Below, one piece after another: positions 63,927-64,000 of a DNA stretch of 64,000 nucleotides. Within the stretch, counting starts at the first letter, position 1. Each line of letters opens with the position of its first letter. The notes under the pieces were generated by a model that was not told the DNA's origin, did not search any database, and saw only the letters and a program-made list of their open reading frames with translations. The stretch is from positions 6,696-70,695 of the forward strand of contig JAJRZU010000043.1 in assembly GCA_024275075.1 (NCBI GenBank), read 5' to 3'. Source of the DNA: Deltaproteobacteria bacterium. Its GTDB lineage: Bacteria; Desulfobacterota; JAJRXV01. Made by a program: the position numbers and the translations under genes.

Positions 63927-64000
63927 TACTGGTAATAATATTATAAAAGCGCTTATAAAGCAACAGGCGTGCCTGTTTTTATTCTGCGTACCTGTTTTCC

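Overview
This 64-kb window comes from a bacterial chromosome of moderate GC (mid-40s % by eye), with strong AGGAGG/AAGGGG-type ribosome-binding sites and frequent GTG/TTG starts. I count about 58 protein-coding genes and no rRNA, tRNA or CRISPR array.

Recognisable gene blocks:
- GldG-like ABC-2 accessory protein plus DUF4340, at the contig edge.
- Queuosine genes queE and queC.
- A hybrid sensor kinase with PAS, DciA-like and TPR neighbours.
- rodZ and a purine nucleoside phosphorylase.
- A MopE-repeat/beta-helix surface lipoprotein.
- A partial oligopeptide ABC operon (substrate-binding protein and permease) followed by an MshEN-type c-di-GMP-binding protein.
- purE and the HU gene.
- Two-subunit pyruvate carboxylase (pycB, pycA).
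- nfo, a DUF1015 protein and trmN6.
- A roughly 9-kb multiheme c-type cytochrome island: NapC/NrfH-like, a 400-aa multihaem cytochrome, cytochrome b, a 3-heme cytochrome, an NHL beta-propeller and a 1344-aa roughly 31-heme repetitive cytochrome.
- coaX, birA, nadC and valS.
- A CheY-like response regulator with a long acidic EAPVE(V/E) tandem-repeat tail.
- The complete Pho regulon (phoB, phoR, pstSCAB, phoU).
- A thioredoxin-fold/TPR protein.
- A truA, DUF190, crcB, mobA operon.
- A DsbA-like lipoprotein, a SAM methyltransferase and a chemoreceptor.
- A 965-aa Dna2-like RecB-nuclease/SF1B helicase at the contig end.

Three things stand out:
1. The multiheme cytochrome island, which looks like an extracellular-electron-transfer module.
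2. Six otherwise intact, conserved genes (yacP-like, sensor kinase, TPR, NapC-like cytochrome, birA, DsbA-like), each interrupted by exactly one in-frame stop codon with no frameshifts.
3. A family of mosaic, nested short palindromic repeats that fills most of the larger intergenic gaps.
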